In this document: in pieces, positions 1-12,102 of the stretch
Numbering within the stretch: position 1 is the first letter of the stretch
Layout: each line of letters opens with the position of its first letter
NCBI GenBank assembly: GCA_010909165.1
Contig: MU008160.1
Span: forward strand, 1,178,001-1,242,000
Direction of reading: 5' to 3'
Source: Anthoceros angustus
Lineage: Eukaryota; Plantae; Anthocerotophyta
DNA length: 64,000 nucleotides
Position numbers and translations under genes: made by a program
Notes under the pieces: model-generated
Database searches by the model: none
What the model saw: only the letters and a program-made list of their open reading frames with translations
What the model was told of the DNA's origin: nothing

Positions 1-1039
1 GAAACAAGACTTTTGGCCACAAGATTAGTGGTGGGGACGCAGTGGGATGCCGTGGTGGAAGGATCCGCCTAACGGCTCGGTGGTTGGGTTTAGTAGACAG
101 CGCAAGCCAAGGAGCGCCCTTGTCGAGCCTAGCGTGCAGAAAAATGGGCCACCGTGAAGGCAAAGAAGCGGGAGGGCGTCTCAAAGGAGCGGAAGGCCGA
201 TGCCGTCCCCTCGAAATGTGAGTTGTGCATCAACGGCTTTGTCCAAGCTATCGGACCTACCAGTTTGAATCACGCCTTCAACTAGTTACCAAGCTCTAGG
301 GTCGGTGATGATAATGAGCTCTAAACGATGGCTTTTCTTTTCTCACTTGTGTGTGGTAGGAAAGCGGGCCACCGCCTGGCGCGGTGGAGAACAAGCGCCT
401 CCTCCGTGAGTGGAGGAGGCCTCCTCCCGATGCCGTGGAGGAGGAGCAGCCTCCTCTAATGCCGTGGAGGAGGAGCAGCTGCCGTGGAGGAGGAGCGGAT
501 GCTGCGGAGGAGTACCGCGCTAATCCCATGGCGGGCCTGTGGAAGAGCTCGTGCCGCTCGTGGAGAAGCGACCAATCGACTGCCTCAAGTCACCACCACC
601 TCCTCTTAGGTCTTCGCGGATGAGAGAACAAGGGCCACCGTGGCTTATGTGCACACGCAGACCTTTTGAGAAAGATGATAGGCAAGAAGGCAGCCAAGCT
701 CGCTTCCTCCCTTGTCCGTGACACTGGCTCAAAACTTACCGGACCTTCAATCCAGCACCGTCGTACTCCCATGCCACCTCCACCACTCCTACTCCTAACC
801 CTTCCGTCAATGTTGGTTCTCGCTTTGAAGAAGTGCAGCCGTGATGGAGCAGCCAAGAAGTGGAAAATCCATGGAGGAGGGAGATGGCGGAGATCCGCGA
901 ATTGCCAAGGAGAAATCGAATTAAAGGGAGACGCCCAAATGCACGACGTCATTCCACATCGGACATTCATCTAGAATCGTGTTCTTGGTTTTAGTTGAAA
1001 CCGACTCCTTGCTTTTACTTTCATAAGCTTGTCCAGTAG

Positions 1040-1430
1040 GTGTGTGGCCTTGACGACCGCCCAATGTTTCTCTTTTGGTCTCTCAAGCTCGAACAGTGCA
1101 AGTGTGGCCTTGATCCGATGTTTCTCTTTTGGTCTGTTGCCTAAAGCCACAAGTGTGTGGCCTTGATCAGATTTTTCTATTGGTCATCTGCCTAAACATG
1201 CAGTGTGTGGCCTTGACGCCGACGCCCGTGTTTCTTTTGGTCTCTCAAGCCTAAGTGTGTGGCCTTGATCGCCTGCGTGTTTTGGTCTCTCAAGTCTAAA
1301 TCGGTGTGTGGCCTTGATCGCCCATGTTTCTCTTTTGGTCTCGCAAGCCTAAAGCTGGCGTGTGTGGCCTTGATCGCCCATGTTTCTCCTTTGGTCTCTC
1401 AAGCCTAAACAGTGTGTGTGTTTCGTTGGT
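1040..1430. repeat. Degenerate ~50-bp tandem repeat (GTGTGTGGCCTTGATCGCCCATGTTTCTCTTTTGGTCTCTCAAGCCTAA), about 7-8 copies
   Basis: Repeated units visible directly. Confidence 0.85.
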
Positions 1431-1494
1431 CCGCTGCCTAAACATGTGTGTGTGTGTGGCCCGCTTGGCTAACTGACAAGGATGTACATGCCAC

Positions 1495-2110
1495 ATGCCC
1501 AGCAGCATGTGCTCAGACAAGCATGTGGCCTATACATGCCACTTACAGCCACATGCTCGCAGCATGTACAAGCATATTCGATGTTTTCCTTCTCATGTGT
1601 GTCGTTGGATTAAAGAAGATTCATACAGCTATGAAGTGCTCCAATTTCTTGAGGTGGGTAATGCGGCACTTCATGGATCCATTGATTGGCAACTCGGGAG
1701 AGAAACTAGAGACACAAGCAATTGTGGAGGCAGCCATTCAAGAGATGTTGGTGGGATTTGGAGCATGGCTCATGTGTGTGACCAAATGTTCAACACCATG
1801 TTGCGCAATTGGAAGAACAATCTTGCAAGATGCGCAAGACAATTTCTTGAGGGTAATCATCCACCTAAGTATAAGCCTCGTGATATCTCGGTGACCAGTG
1901 GGATCGCATTGTGGAGAATGAAAAGCCAAGGCCGGATGGAGATGTCCGCACAAAACGCATAGCAATGTTGAGGAAGTTGAACTCGGATGCCCACCGTATG
2001 CCCACTTTGGTAATGGTGGGTTTGTGAAGTTTACAAATCGGTTTTACCAACTCTTTGGTAGACGCCCCACGGAGCAAGAGAGAGGTCAGCAAGAAGGCCG
2101 GAAATTGGAT
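1495..2110 (+). pseudogene. Frameshifted CACTA ORF2 / Transposase_24 (Ptta/En/Spm)-like remnant
   Basis: MLRNWKNNLAR...MEMSAQNA, followed in another frame by HFGNGGFVKFTNRFYQLFGRRPTEQE, resembles the S-x-x-N...H-x-x-G...GR-x-P pattern of this family. The position inside a CACTA end fits. Confidence 0.45.
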
Positions 2111-3039
2111 AATAAAACTTGAAACATATTGACGGTGCCAATCTTCCTCATCCGGAGCGTTGGCTCCAACCCCAGAATAGGTGCCAAACAATTGTGGCGG
2201 GACCTCAAGGATGCTGGTTACAAAGATGATGATTTGGATGGTAAGATTTTGATTTGATGTCTTTGCAAGTTTTGATTGTCCTATTTTAACTCGCTTTTTG
2301 GATTTGCCATAGGGACACGGCATTGGAGCGCAAGCAAGTGGATGATGACGGCTGGTTTTGGACAATTTGGTGCCTAGATTGAAGCCCGGGTTAAGTGAGG
2401 ATCTTTCTCCTCTGTAGTTCTTATAGAAGATCTTTCAAGTCATTTGTTGTAACACCGGCTTCTTGGTAACATATTCGATTCTTGCAGAATCGGGTGGCCT
2501 CCGCCTCGGGTGGGAAGCCTTAACCTCCCAAGTGTGGTCGACCGGTGTGGAACGAAGCCATGATGAAGTACTTGTTGAAGTTGAACCACTCCATCTCGTG
2601 GAAGAGGTGGAAGAATTTGAAGAGGTTGAGGTATCCCTCTCTAAATGCAGGGAAAAGTTTTTCAGTCTCATGGCCTCTCATCGAACTGGACGACAGGAAC
2701 TTGAAGCTCAACGCCTTGCTGTGAAGCTAGGTCTGGACTACGCCAAAGAGCTCAAGTCATCAAGGGTGAAGAGCATGAAGAGGAAGGAAATGAGGCTTCA
2801 ACTCAAGTCCAATTTGAAGAGATCAAGGAGCGAGGAATTCTAGTTTGGTGCTTTCTTTTAGTTGCTCCTTAGAAACTCTTAGAAATTGATCATATCGCTT
2901 TTGTGGGAATGTCCCTTTGTGTGTGTCTGGGGAATGGCCCCAATGTTTGTGAGTGTGTGTGTCTGGGGAATGGCCCCATGTTTGTTTGTGGGAGTCTGTG
3001 TGGGAATGGCTTCTATGTTTGTGTGTTTATTTGTGTGTG

Positions 3040-3430
3040 TGTGTGAGTGTGTGTGTGTGAGTTTGCGAGCTGCAAGAGTGTGTGCGAGCAGTGAGCGGTG
3101 TGAGAGCCTATGAGCACTGTGAGAGCTTGTGAGCCTGTGAGCGTGAGCCTTGAAAATTGAGCCTTGAGCTGTGAGAGGGAGAGTCTGTGAGCCTGTGAAC
3201 CGTGAGAGCGGAGAGCTGTGAGCGCGAGCCTATGAGCTTGTGAGAGCGAGAGCGATAGCTTGTGAGCGAGAGCGAGAGCGAGCTTGTGAGAGCGAGAGCT
3301 TGTGAGGTCAGCGAGAGCTTGTGAGCTTGTGAGCGAGAGCTTGTGAGCTGTGAGCGGGCGAGCCTATGAGCGTGAGAGCTGAGCGCTGATTATGTGAGAG
3401 CCTGTGCGAGTTTGTGTGGGCGTGAGTTTG
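3040..3430. repeat. Low-complexity GTGAGC/GAGAGC repeat
   Basis: Visible directly. Confidence 0.85.
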
Positions 3431-3659
3431 TGTGAGTTGAATGTGTGGATTTGTGTGAGGATCTGTTCATTTTGGGGTTTAGAATCGCTTGCATTTGGTA
3501 GTAGCATTCCATTTCTCGTGTGTCCCACTAATGCACAACAAGGTGCAAGATACAAAATTTACAACAAAGGACGTAAAACACTTGTTGTAAATATGCCCCA
3601 TTTAAAGAAGCTGAAAATAGATATTTGTGTTATTAATAATATTTATTTTGTTTAAAAGT

Positions 3660-3661
<2 letters not shown>

Positions 3662-3691
<30 letters not shown>
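3662..3691. repeat. (TA)n microsatellite
   Basis: Visible directly. Confidence 0.95.
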
Positions 3692-3696
<5 letters not shown>

Positions 3697-5085
3697 TAAA
3701 AGTTTAAATGATGTAATTTTTGCAATTGGGATGTTGTAGATGGTTTTGTAAAAGTCGTTGTAAAGCGTTGTACCCAGACGTCAAACTTAGATGTTGTAAT
3801 TGCTTTTGCAATTGGGATGTTGTAGATGGTTTTGTAAAAGTCGTTGTAAAAGTATAGACGTCTCAAACTTAGATGTTGTAATTGCTAATTGGGATGTTGT
3901 AGATGGTTAAAAAGCGTTGTAATTTAAATGATGTAATTGCTTTTGCAATTGGGATGTTGTAGATGGTTTTGTAAAGCAGTCGTTGTAAAGCGCGTTGTAC
4001 CCAGACGTCTCAAACTTAGATGTTGTAATTGCTTTTGCAATTGGGATGTTGTAGATGGTTTTGTAAAACAGTCGTTGTAAAGCGTTGTACCCACAAGGCG
4101 TCTCAAACTTAGATGTTGTAATTGCTTTTGCAATTGGGATGTTGTAGATGGTTTTGTAAAGCAGTCGTAAAGCGCGTTGTACCCACAGACGTCTCAAACT
4201 TAGATGTTGTAATTGCTTTTGCAATTGGGATGTTGTAGATGGTTTTGTAAAGCAGTCGTTGTAAAGCGCGTACACCCAGACGTCTCAAACTTAGATGTTG
4301 TAATTGCTTTTGCAATTGGGATGTTGTAGATGGTTTTGTAAAGCAGTCGTTGTAAAGCGCGTTGTACCCACAAGGGCGTCTCAAACTTAGATGTTGTAAT
4401 TGCTTTTTCAATTGGGATGTTGTAGATGGTTTTGTAAAAGTCGTTGTAAAGCGCGTACACGACGTCTCAAACTTAGATGTTGTAATTGCTTTTGCAATTG
4501 GGATGTTGTAGATGGTTTTGTAAAGCAGTCGTTGTAAAGCGCGTTGTACCCACAGACGTCTCAAACTTAGATGTTGTAATTGCTTTTGCAATTGGGATGT
4601 TGTAGATGGTTTTGTAAAGCAGTCGTTGTAAAGCGTTGTACCCACAAGGGCGTCTCAAACTTAGATGTTGTAATTGCTTTTGCAATTGGGATGTTGTAGA
4701 TGGTTTTGTAAAGCAGTCGTAAAGCGCGTTGTACCCACAGGGCGTCTCAAACTTAGATGTTGTAATTCTTTTGCAATTGGGATGTTGTAGATGGTTTTGT
4801 AAAGCAGTCGTTGTAAAGCGCGCGTACCCACAACGTCTCAAACTTAGATGTTGTAATTCTTTTCAATTGGGATGTTGTAGATGGTTTTGTAAAGCAGTCG
4901 TTGTAAAGCGCGTTGTACCCACGAGGGCGTCTCAAACTTAGATGTTGTAATTCCTTTTGCAATTGGGATGTTGTAGATGGTTTTGTAAAGCAGTCGTTGT
5001 AAAGCGCGTTGTACCCACAGGGCGTCTCAAACTTAGATGTTGTAATTCCTTTTGCAATTGGGATGTTGTAAATGGTTTTGTAAAT
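3692..5085. repeat. ~90-bp tandem array (about 15 copies), CACTA subterminal repeats
   Basis: Unit AAACTTAGATGTTGTAATTGCTTTTGCAATTGGGATGTTGTAGATGGTTTTGTAAAGCAGTCGTTGTAAAGCGCGTTGTACCCACAGACGTCTC; the array ends about 280 bp before the CACTA TIR. Confidence 0.95.
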
Positions 5086-5359
5086 GGCACCACGTCATCA
5101 CATGGTGATGTGGCAATGAGGGCCATGTCATCAAATTATGCCATCATCACCGATGATGTGGCAATGAAGGCCATGTGGCAACAACATGCCATGTCATCAC
5201 TTGGTGATGTGGCGTGATGTGGCCACATCACACTTTAATGACATGGCACCGAACCGCCATGTCGCAATTTTACAACGCCATGAAGCTCTCGGTTTACAAC
5301 GGCGTTGTTGCGCTGCTTTACAACAGTAACACCTGCTGTAAAACCGCTAAAAACCCTCA

Positions 5360-5372
5360 TTTTCTTGTAGTG
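5360..5372 (-). repeat. CACTA terminal inverted repeat
   Basis: Reverse complement reads CACTACAAGAAAA. Confidence 0.8.
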
Positions 5373-5557
5373 CATCCAAAGAAAAAAAGAGCAAAAAATC
5401 TAAAAAAACCCCAAAAATATCTTCTTGGGATCTGTCTTTGCAGTGCTTCCCTTGCGAAGGCATACATGATCCCAACCGAAGTCATCTGCACAAACATGGT
5501 GTTCTTAGCAGCAAGCCACATCACTGATGCTATGACAAGGGATTTGAATCGCTGTCT

Positions 5558-5752
5558 TGTCTCAAATTGAGAATGGAGAGACTGTAATTCGGGTTCTATG
5601 TTTTGTATATCACGAAAAATTGTACAGGGTTATGCTCTAAGAGCATATGAGAGATCAAGTCTCGAAGAGACATGACTATTCACGAACGGGCACGACTACT
5701 GAGGTCCTAATCCCACGGTCAGCTTATCTGTATGTGTTCATACATGCTCACA
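5558..5752 (-). repeat. 3' LTR of the Copia element
   Basis: About 94% identical to 9341-9541 (about 12 substitutions and one 6-nt indel by eye). A short purine tract (AAGGGAGTG on the minus strand) adjoins it at about 5753-5762. Confidence 0.95.
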
Positions 5753-5947
5753 CACTCCCTTAAGCGCAAACGGGGATATTGGGAAATCATGAATGATCTG
5801 AAAGTCCCAATGCAGAGGTGAAGTGTGAATGCTTGATCTTGGCCAGAGGCTTGGTCAATATATCTGCCACTTGGTCCTTTGTAGGCACATAGGTGAGGTA
5901 TAATTCTCCGCTCTCGACCTTCGTTCGTAAGAAGTGATAACGAATTT

Positions 5948-6379
5948 CTATATGTTTGGATCGTTCATGAAATCCTTGGAGAGCAGAATGGCCGCTTGAT
6001 TATCACAACGGATTTCTATGGGTCCGTCATGTGGGTAGCCGAGATCTTTCAATAGCTGAACCAACCAGAGACCTTCCTTAGCAGCAACAGCTGCTGCAAT
6101 GTACTCCGATTCTGCAGAGCTTTGAGCTACGGAGGTCTGTTTCTTAGCTTTCCAGCTAACAGTACCCCCTGCCAATAAAAATACATAGCCACTTGTTGAC
6201 TTCCGTGAATCTGGATCACCGTCGTAGTCTGCATCCGTCCAACCTGTAAGTTTAGATTGGGCTCCTTGTCCACCTTGGTATCTAATTCCTTTACTCTTGG
6301 TACCTTGCACGTATCGAAGAATGCGCTTTATGGCGACCCAATGGGCTTGGCTAGCATTGGAGAGGAATTGAGATGTCAA
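5948..6379 (-). pseudogene. Copia RNase H domain (with RT C-terminal end)
   Basis: HWVAIKRILRYVQGT and LTGWTDADY...DSRKSTSGYVFLLAGGTVSWKAKKQTSVAQSSAESEY...CDNQAAI. Confidence 0.95.
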
Positions 6380-7410
6380 TGAGGTTGAAAGGGCTATGTG
6401 GGGCTGTGTATTCTGGTATGTGCCCGAAGACCCCCCCTGAACAAGAGGAAATGAAATCTATTCCATATGTTGGGGCTGTTGGCAGCCTTCAGCAGCTGGT
6501 ATTACCGGGGTACTTGAACGTGGAGGAGCCCTAACCGGTGTGTGGGAATTTGCTAAAGCCTTACGGAATGAAAGATGGGACCGAGTAGGGGTCTCAAGAT
6601 CCCTAGGGGGCCAAAGTGGCGGCTGTTGATGAAAGGGAGTTGAGGGACCACTAGAGAGCTGTTGGGGTGCAGAGCTAGAAGGTGGTCGTAAATTCACTTG
6701 AGAATGGGGAGAGCCAGCCATAACCGACCTGGCCTACGGCAAAGGCGGGGTTTGCATATGGGCAATAGAGCCGGGCTGTGGAGGTGATGTCGTGAGAGGC
6801 ATAAGACCTGGGGCAATTGGGCCTACTGGCTGAGTAGCAGGTGGTATATGTGCGGTGGGTCCTGCCACAGGTCTGACCTGCCAATCGAGGTCAAATTCAT
6901 CATAGTCAGATATAGCAGGATCTCCCGGAGTCTGTAAAGGTGGCGTTGGTGGTGCCAAAGGAGGAGAATCCGGAGCGAGTTGAGCAGGGGCTGTAGGTTT
7001 CTGAAGCAAGCCATCCTTGGGGATGTCAGGGAGGAAATCCGGAGCCGATATTCTCTCTGTATCTGGGTTAGAAGGTTGCACACGCCCTGAAGGCTGGATG
7101 AGGGAATTCTCATCACATACGACATTCCGACCTACAGAAATTCGGCGTATGGCTCGGTCCAGAAGTCTATAGTCTTTGCAAGCTTTAGCAAATTCCCACA
7201 CACCGGTTAGGGCTCCTCCACGTGTCAGTACCTGCATTACCAGCTTTCTCCTCGCCACCTCGCCTTGGGGCATGCTTCCTTGCAACAGGAGGAGATGACA
7301 GTGAACACCACAATAATGACCTGCACTTTCACCCGCAACCAGCAACAGGAATGAGTGATCAGGACAACCCTAACCAACCACAATGTTGTACATGTCATGT
7401 ACATTTTACC

Positions 7411-7923
7411 TGTTAGGGATTCTGTTTGCATGGGGCCGCAGAGGTCAGCATGCACTAATTCTAGGACACTCGTGGTGGTGCTGGCTGATCTAGGATAAGG
7501 TTGGGTGTGTTGCTTGCCCAACAAGCAGCCTTCACACAAAGGGAGATCATCCTGAAAACTGTGAGGTAATCCTTCAACCATATGTTTTGATTGCATCCTC
7601 TTTATGTCTTGGAAGTGTAGATGTGCTAATCTCAAGTGCCAGAGCTTGGTTAAAGAGCTGTGGTTGAGGTTAGCTGCCAAACTGACACATGTCGGCTTGG
7701 CAGGAGCAGGAATTCCAATACCTACTGGAAAGAGTCCCCCTTGACGAGGGCAATGGATAGTTTTGGCTTGACCTTTAGAGGTCGTAGTGTGTATAATATA
7801 TCCATATTGGTTGAAGGTAATTCTGCGGTTATGATTGCAGATGATTTGATTTACAGAAAGTAGATTTTTGGATAGCCCTGGGACATATAGAACATCCCTA
7901 ATATGAGCTGTAAAATCATGCAC
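7411..7923 (-). pseudogene. Copia GAG-pre-integrase region, truncated at the start of the integrase core
   Basis: VLYVPGLSKNLLSV, LWHLRLAHL, CEGCLLGKQH, LELVHADLCGPM. Confidence 0.9.
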
Positions 7924-7996
7924 TTGAATTTAAATAGTGCCCTTACACACAACCATGTGAGGAGAGTCATCTCCAATGAGTATGGGTAGGGGTACC

Positions 7997-8995
7997 TCAA
8001 ATGGGGAGTAGTCTAAGAACCATTCTTTGAGTGGCGATGTGTTCAGCTGCTCCAGAGTCAAGCGGCCAGTGATCTGGGAGGATTGAACTTGCAGCCAAGG
8101 CAGAGACAGCGGAAAATAGGTAAGCATTTTTGGAAGTGGTAGCGACAGCAGATGTGCTAGAGGTACTTCCTAGGGGGTTGTAAATTCCAGCGGCTTTGAC
8201 ACGCTGTTTCCTTCTGCAGTCCGGGGCTATGTGCCCTTTCTTGGAGCAATAGCGACAAATTTTGTCCCTGTGATTAGGGTTTGAAGGTGGTGGTCGGCTA
8301 GGTCCTGGAGCATATCCGGAATTCCTAGGTCCAGTTTTGAATCTAGGGGTCCTGCACCCACCTGCAAAGAGAGCTGAAGGAGGAGAGTTGTCTCCTGCAA
8401 TCAAGACATCTTCATTGCGAATTTTGATTAGAAGACTTGGTAAAGTCAGTGGTTTTTGTTTGGTAGCCTGGTTAGCTTGTGTAGACACAAATGACCTCCA
8501 GGATTTTGGGAGAGCCATCAGCAATTGTGTAACCTGCTGTTCCTCCTTTAGGTCAAGTCCTGTGGAGATGGCCTCGTCCAACGTCTTTTCCCAAGTTTCC
8601 AGGAGATCCGAGACCGGAGCTCCGTCCTTGAGTTTGATGGAGGCTAGCTTTTGAGCAGTGAGGAGTTGTGAGGGTAAGCTTACCTCCTGCAATGATGTTG
8701 CAAGCTTGTCCCACAGGGGTTTAGCATCGGCTTGTCGCCTGACGGTGGGTAGGATTCTGTCTCCTATGTGCAAGATGAGCTCCGCATGGGCAGAGGCATC
8801 CTTCACGATCCAGGCAGGTTCGTCTGCATGACCCTTGGCTGGTCTAGCTTCCGAGCCGTCCACCACAGGCCATAGCATCAATTTTTTGAGGAGAGATTCT
8901 ATCCTTATGGACCATGTCGCATAGTTCTGGTGAGTCAATTTTTCTATCTGATAATGTCTTGCTTGTGTGGGAGAAAGAGCACTAGAGCTAGCCAC
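7997..8995 (-). pseudogene. Copia gag with CCHC zinc knuckle and start of aspartic protease
   Basis: IEKLTHQNYATWSIRIE, CRYCSKKGHIAPDC, LDSGAAEH; frameshifted into the downstream pol region. Confidence 0.93.
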
Positions 8996-9328
8996 TAGAG
9001 CTAGCCATCTTGCTGCTTGGGAATATCAAAGGCCTGAACTACTTAAATATGATAGCTTGGATGATAGCATCTAACTTGTTAATGTGCCTTCTCAATTCTG
9101 TTGTTTGATTATGACTATTTATTGCAGCTTGTTCTAACTTCTGCATGGTCTGTCTCATTTCCTTGCATTGATGGCAAGGAGACCGAGGTGTAGCTATGAC
9201 CTGTTGCTGTAAGCAGATTCTCTGCAATTTTAGTCTGTTAATTTGTGCTATGAGGTTATGTTGCCTTTGTCTACAGAAGTGATTATAGCAAGCCATCGTA
9301 GGCTACCACAGTCATGGATCATATCCAA

Positions 9329-9340
9329 GCTCTGATACCA
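9329..9340 (-). promoter_or_regulatory. Primer-binding site complementary to tRNA-iMet
   Basis: TGGTATCAGAGC on the minus strand immediately inside the 5' LTR. Confidence 0.95.
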
Positions 9341-9541
9341 TGTCTCAAATTGAGAATGGAGAGATCTAGATTGTAATTCGGGTTCTGTGTATTGTGTATC
9401 ACGAAAAATCGTACAGGGTTATGCTCTGAGAGCATATGAGAGATCAAGCCTCGCAGAGACACGACTGTTCACGAACGGGCATGACTGCTGAGGTCCTAAT
9501 CCCACGGTCAGCTTATCTGTATGTGTTCATACATGCTCACA
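9341..9541 (-). repeat. 5' LTR of the Copia element
   Basis: Paired with 5558-5752; flanked by the PBS and the TSD. Confidence 0.95.
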
Positions 9542-10049
9542 TGTCTTACCCGATGTGACCCCTAACTGCCGGGTCGCGGAGTTGCGACAGGCGTCTACTG
9601 AGCGTCGGCTTCCACCGCTTGCAACTTGGGGGTTCATACATGCTCACATGTCTTACCCAATGTAACCCCTAACACGGTCGTCGGAGTTGCGAAGGCGTCA
9701 CGAAAGGCCACCGCCACCGCTTGAAACTTGGGGATGGAGTCTACTGCGAAGCCATTTGGCGTGCTTAGTCAGAGAAATCAGTGGCGGTGGCCCACGACAT
9801 TGGTGTACTTCATGGTCATGTCCCGCATTGCCATTAACATCCATGACGAGAGATCGTCTATACGGTCCAAGACCGGCCACCCGGGGTCCGCTGTTCGGGG
9901 CATTTTTGTCTTTTGGTTTGTATATGATTACACCTGTCTTGCTTGAAGTCGTCGCAGATGCTGTGGTTTGGTCGGATCAGCCCCCCACATCGAAGCGGTT
10001 TCGGTCTCGATCCGCCTAGTTTGCATTTTGCGTGTCGGATACCCTATGT

Positions 10050-10325
10050 CTGGAAGCGATAACCCTTGTTGGGTTTGGCGTCACCCGGGTTGCCCTTGTT
10101 GGGTCCCTTGTTGGTTGTTGCCCTTGTTGGGTTTGGCGTCACCCGGGTTGCCCTGACCCATGTTGGGTCCCTTGTTGGGTTTGGCGTCACCCGGGTTGCC
10201 CTGACCCATGTTGGGTCCCTTGTTGGGTTTGGCGTCACCTGGGTTGCCCTGACCCATGTTGGGTCCCTTGTTGGGTTTGGCGTCACCCGGGTTGCCCTTG
10301 TTGGGTCTGGCGTGACCCGGGTTGC
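10050..10325. repeat. ~45-bp minisatellite (CCCTTGTTGGGTTTGGCGTCACCCGGGTTGCCCTGACCCATGTTGGGT), about 6 copies
   Basis: Visible directly; lies upstream of a Copia gag remnant. Confidence 0.9.
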
Positions 10326-10539
10326 CGGTGGCATACAGAGGTATATACATATTCATATGGCAAATTGAGAGGGTATGGACTACATGGTCATGCCCGCTCT
10401 GCACGAGGGAGTCAACGGGCCCCGCACCTGGCCACCTGATTTTTACGGCTAGCCATTTGGCGTTGTTACAGCATCTTGGTGATTTGCAATGTCAGGAGGA
10501 TCAGGCGCGGGATTGGGAGCCAGTCCACCTGGTCCACAT

Positions 10540-11010
10540 CCATTTGTTTACCAACCCTCCTGTACAATCGAATATAAAGAACGCAATAGGTTCAATGGGA
10601 ATATATATCACGTGTGGAACATGCAAATGAGGTCCACTCTCGATGCTTGATACGATTGGGACATTGTGAGTGAACAGTACCAGGCGCCTACATCTGCTGC
10701 CACATAGGATGACAAAGATAAGTGGACGAATGCCAATAATGTCGCACGACATAAGCTGAACCTGTCTTCTATTCCTGTCAAGAGTTTGTATGTGGCTGAG
10801 AGCGGTGGTCAAGAGTGCCCATGTGGCTCGAGGTTTGAAACAGCGTTAGCCCAACTTTGGCATGCACGGCTAGGCCATGCCAACAAGGACAAACTTGTCA
10901 AGATGTCGAATACAAATGTTACAGACAGCCACCACCTAAATGTTTCAAGGAGTTACCATTATGTGATGCCTGTATCATTGTTGCCAAGCAGTGTCTGATT
11001 ACGCTGCTTT
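10540..11010 (+). mobile_element. Degenerate Copia remnant (gag N-terminus and GAG-pre-integrase fragments)
   Basis: KERNRFNGNIYHVWNMQMR (gag N-terminal NG-x-x-Y-x-x-W motif), then LWHARLGHAN and LCDAC..AKQ, with stops and deletions. Confidence 0.75.
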
Positions 11011-11039
11011 TCTACCTCGTTCTGTTGCTGGTTATAGGA

Positions 11040-11300
11040 AAAGCTGAGCCCACAACAGGAGATTGATTCCTGCGAGACTTGGGGGAATCTCATCACCAAG
11101 CACGCAAGCTTGAGAGCCGAAATCCGCACAGTTGCAGACTTTCCTCCTCCACGCGGAGGCCGGGAATTATGCTATCAGTCACTGCTAAGGAAGGTTCAGA
11201 GACCCCAACAACCGGATAGACGAAGAAGATCTGCACGCCTCCCAACGTGGCGGAAGAATTTGGCGGCGAAGACCTACTTAAATCGGAATTCAGGCATCCA
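11040..11300 (-). mobile_element. Probable pogo/Tc1-like DDE_1 transposase remnant, paralog of 29776-30060
   Basis: Clear nucleotide similarity to 29815-30100. The family assignment rests on the motif seen in the 29.8-kb copy. Confidence 0.4.
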
Positions 11301-11390
11301 AACTGCCGGAATGGATGAAGCAGCTGACTCTCTCCTTCTCCAGAGCAAGGCAGGGAGCTCCCAACAAGCCAGGCGCTTGCTGCGGCGGCC

Positions 11391-11693
11391 ATGGCTTCCG
11401 GGCTGGGTGTGTGGAGCTACATGGCGTAACGGGCTTGGGGGTGTTTGCTCTCTTGTTTACTATCATCAGGCAGAAGCGGAAGATGATGGAGATGGGTTTC
11501 GGGTCCGAGTCCGGTTCCAGCAAGGTCATGAAGGGCCAGCCTGGCTGTGTGACTGACCAGGTTCCCGTTTGGGCTGGTGGATGCAAGGCAAGGACGCCAC
11601 TGAATTCTTCTTGACAGCACGGGGAACAGGTGGAGCTTTCAGAATTGCCTGGTCTTTCTACGCTGCCGCGATAGGGTCATGGGCAATTTTCTC
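11391..11693 (+). pseudogene. 5' fragment (exons 1-2) of the Na+/solute symporter gene, joined to the start of a PPR gene
   Basis: MASGLGVWSY and GKDATEFFLTARGTGGAFRIAWSFYAAAIGSWAIFS match the 30.2-30.5 kb gene. It is followed by MALLLLQNVA at 11716, a paralog of the PPR start at 32784. Confidence 0.85.
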
Positions 11694-12102
11694 AGGAGGG
11701 AGCAGGAGGGACGGCATGGCGCTGTTGCTGTTGCAAAATGTGGCGTGCTTTTTGTATTCGGAGCAGCAGCAACGGTCAGTTTGTGACTGAAATTTGAAGC
11801 AAAGCTTAAGGGGCGCGGACGATGGCCTGACACTGCGCTCCCAGCCAGACGAAAGAATTCCGCAGAAAGCGAAACGGTGGGGAGATATGCCCTCGGACAC
11901 AAGTGGGTATACGACTTCACGCTCAAAACGTCCAGGTGCAGGAGCTGCTCTTGTCCAAGGCCATGAGTGATTTTGCTGCATCACATCTTGCCTGTTCAGC
12001 GGGATGGACTTCAGATTGGGCAAGCCACATCGGGGACCAAGGTGAAGACGGCATCGTCCGGCCTGTTTCTGGGGTTCATGAATTCGACCGCAGTCGCCTC
12101 GC

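Larger units (their letters stand above)
1..5372 (+). mobile_element. Right-hand part of a CACTA (En/Spm) DNA transposon; left end lies outside the window
   Basis: TTTTCTTGTAGTG at 5360-5372 is the reverse complement of the CACTACAAGAAAA terminus. It is preceded by a long subterminal array with GTTGTAAA/TTTACAAC motifs in both orientations and by a Transposase_24-like remnant. Inclusion of all of 1-3600 in the element is inferred. Confidence 0.7.
5558..9541 (-). mobile_element. Ty1/Copia LTR retrotransposon, internally deleted and rearranged (non-autonomous)
   Basis: TG...CA LTRs at 5558-5752 and 9341-9541; 5-bp TSD TGTCT (5553-5557 and 9542-9546); tRNA-Met PBS; gag, protease, pre-integrase and RNase H motifs. 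Integrase core and most of RT are absent. Confidence 0.95.

Noticed and set aside
3692-5085. CRISPR-like appearance of the tandem arrays (also at 16.1, 26.0 and 60 kb)
   Set aside because: Units are contiguous with no unique spacers, there are no cas genes, and the context is eukaryotic.
3907-5126. Repetitive ORFs (KPSTTSQLQKQLQHLSLRR...)
   Set aside because: Translation artefacts of the 90-bp array.
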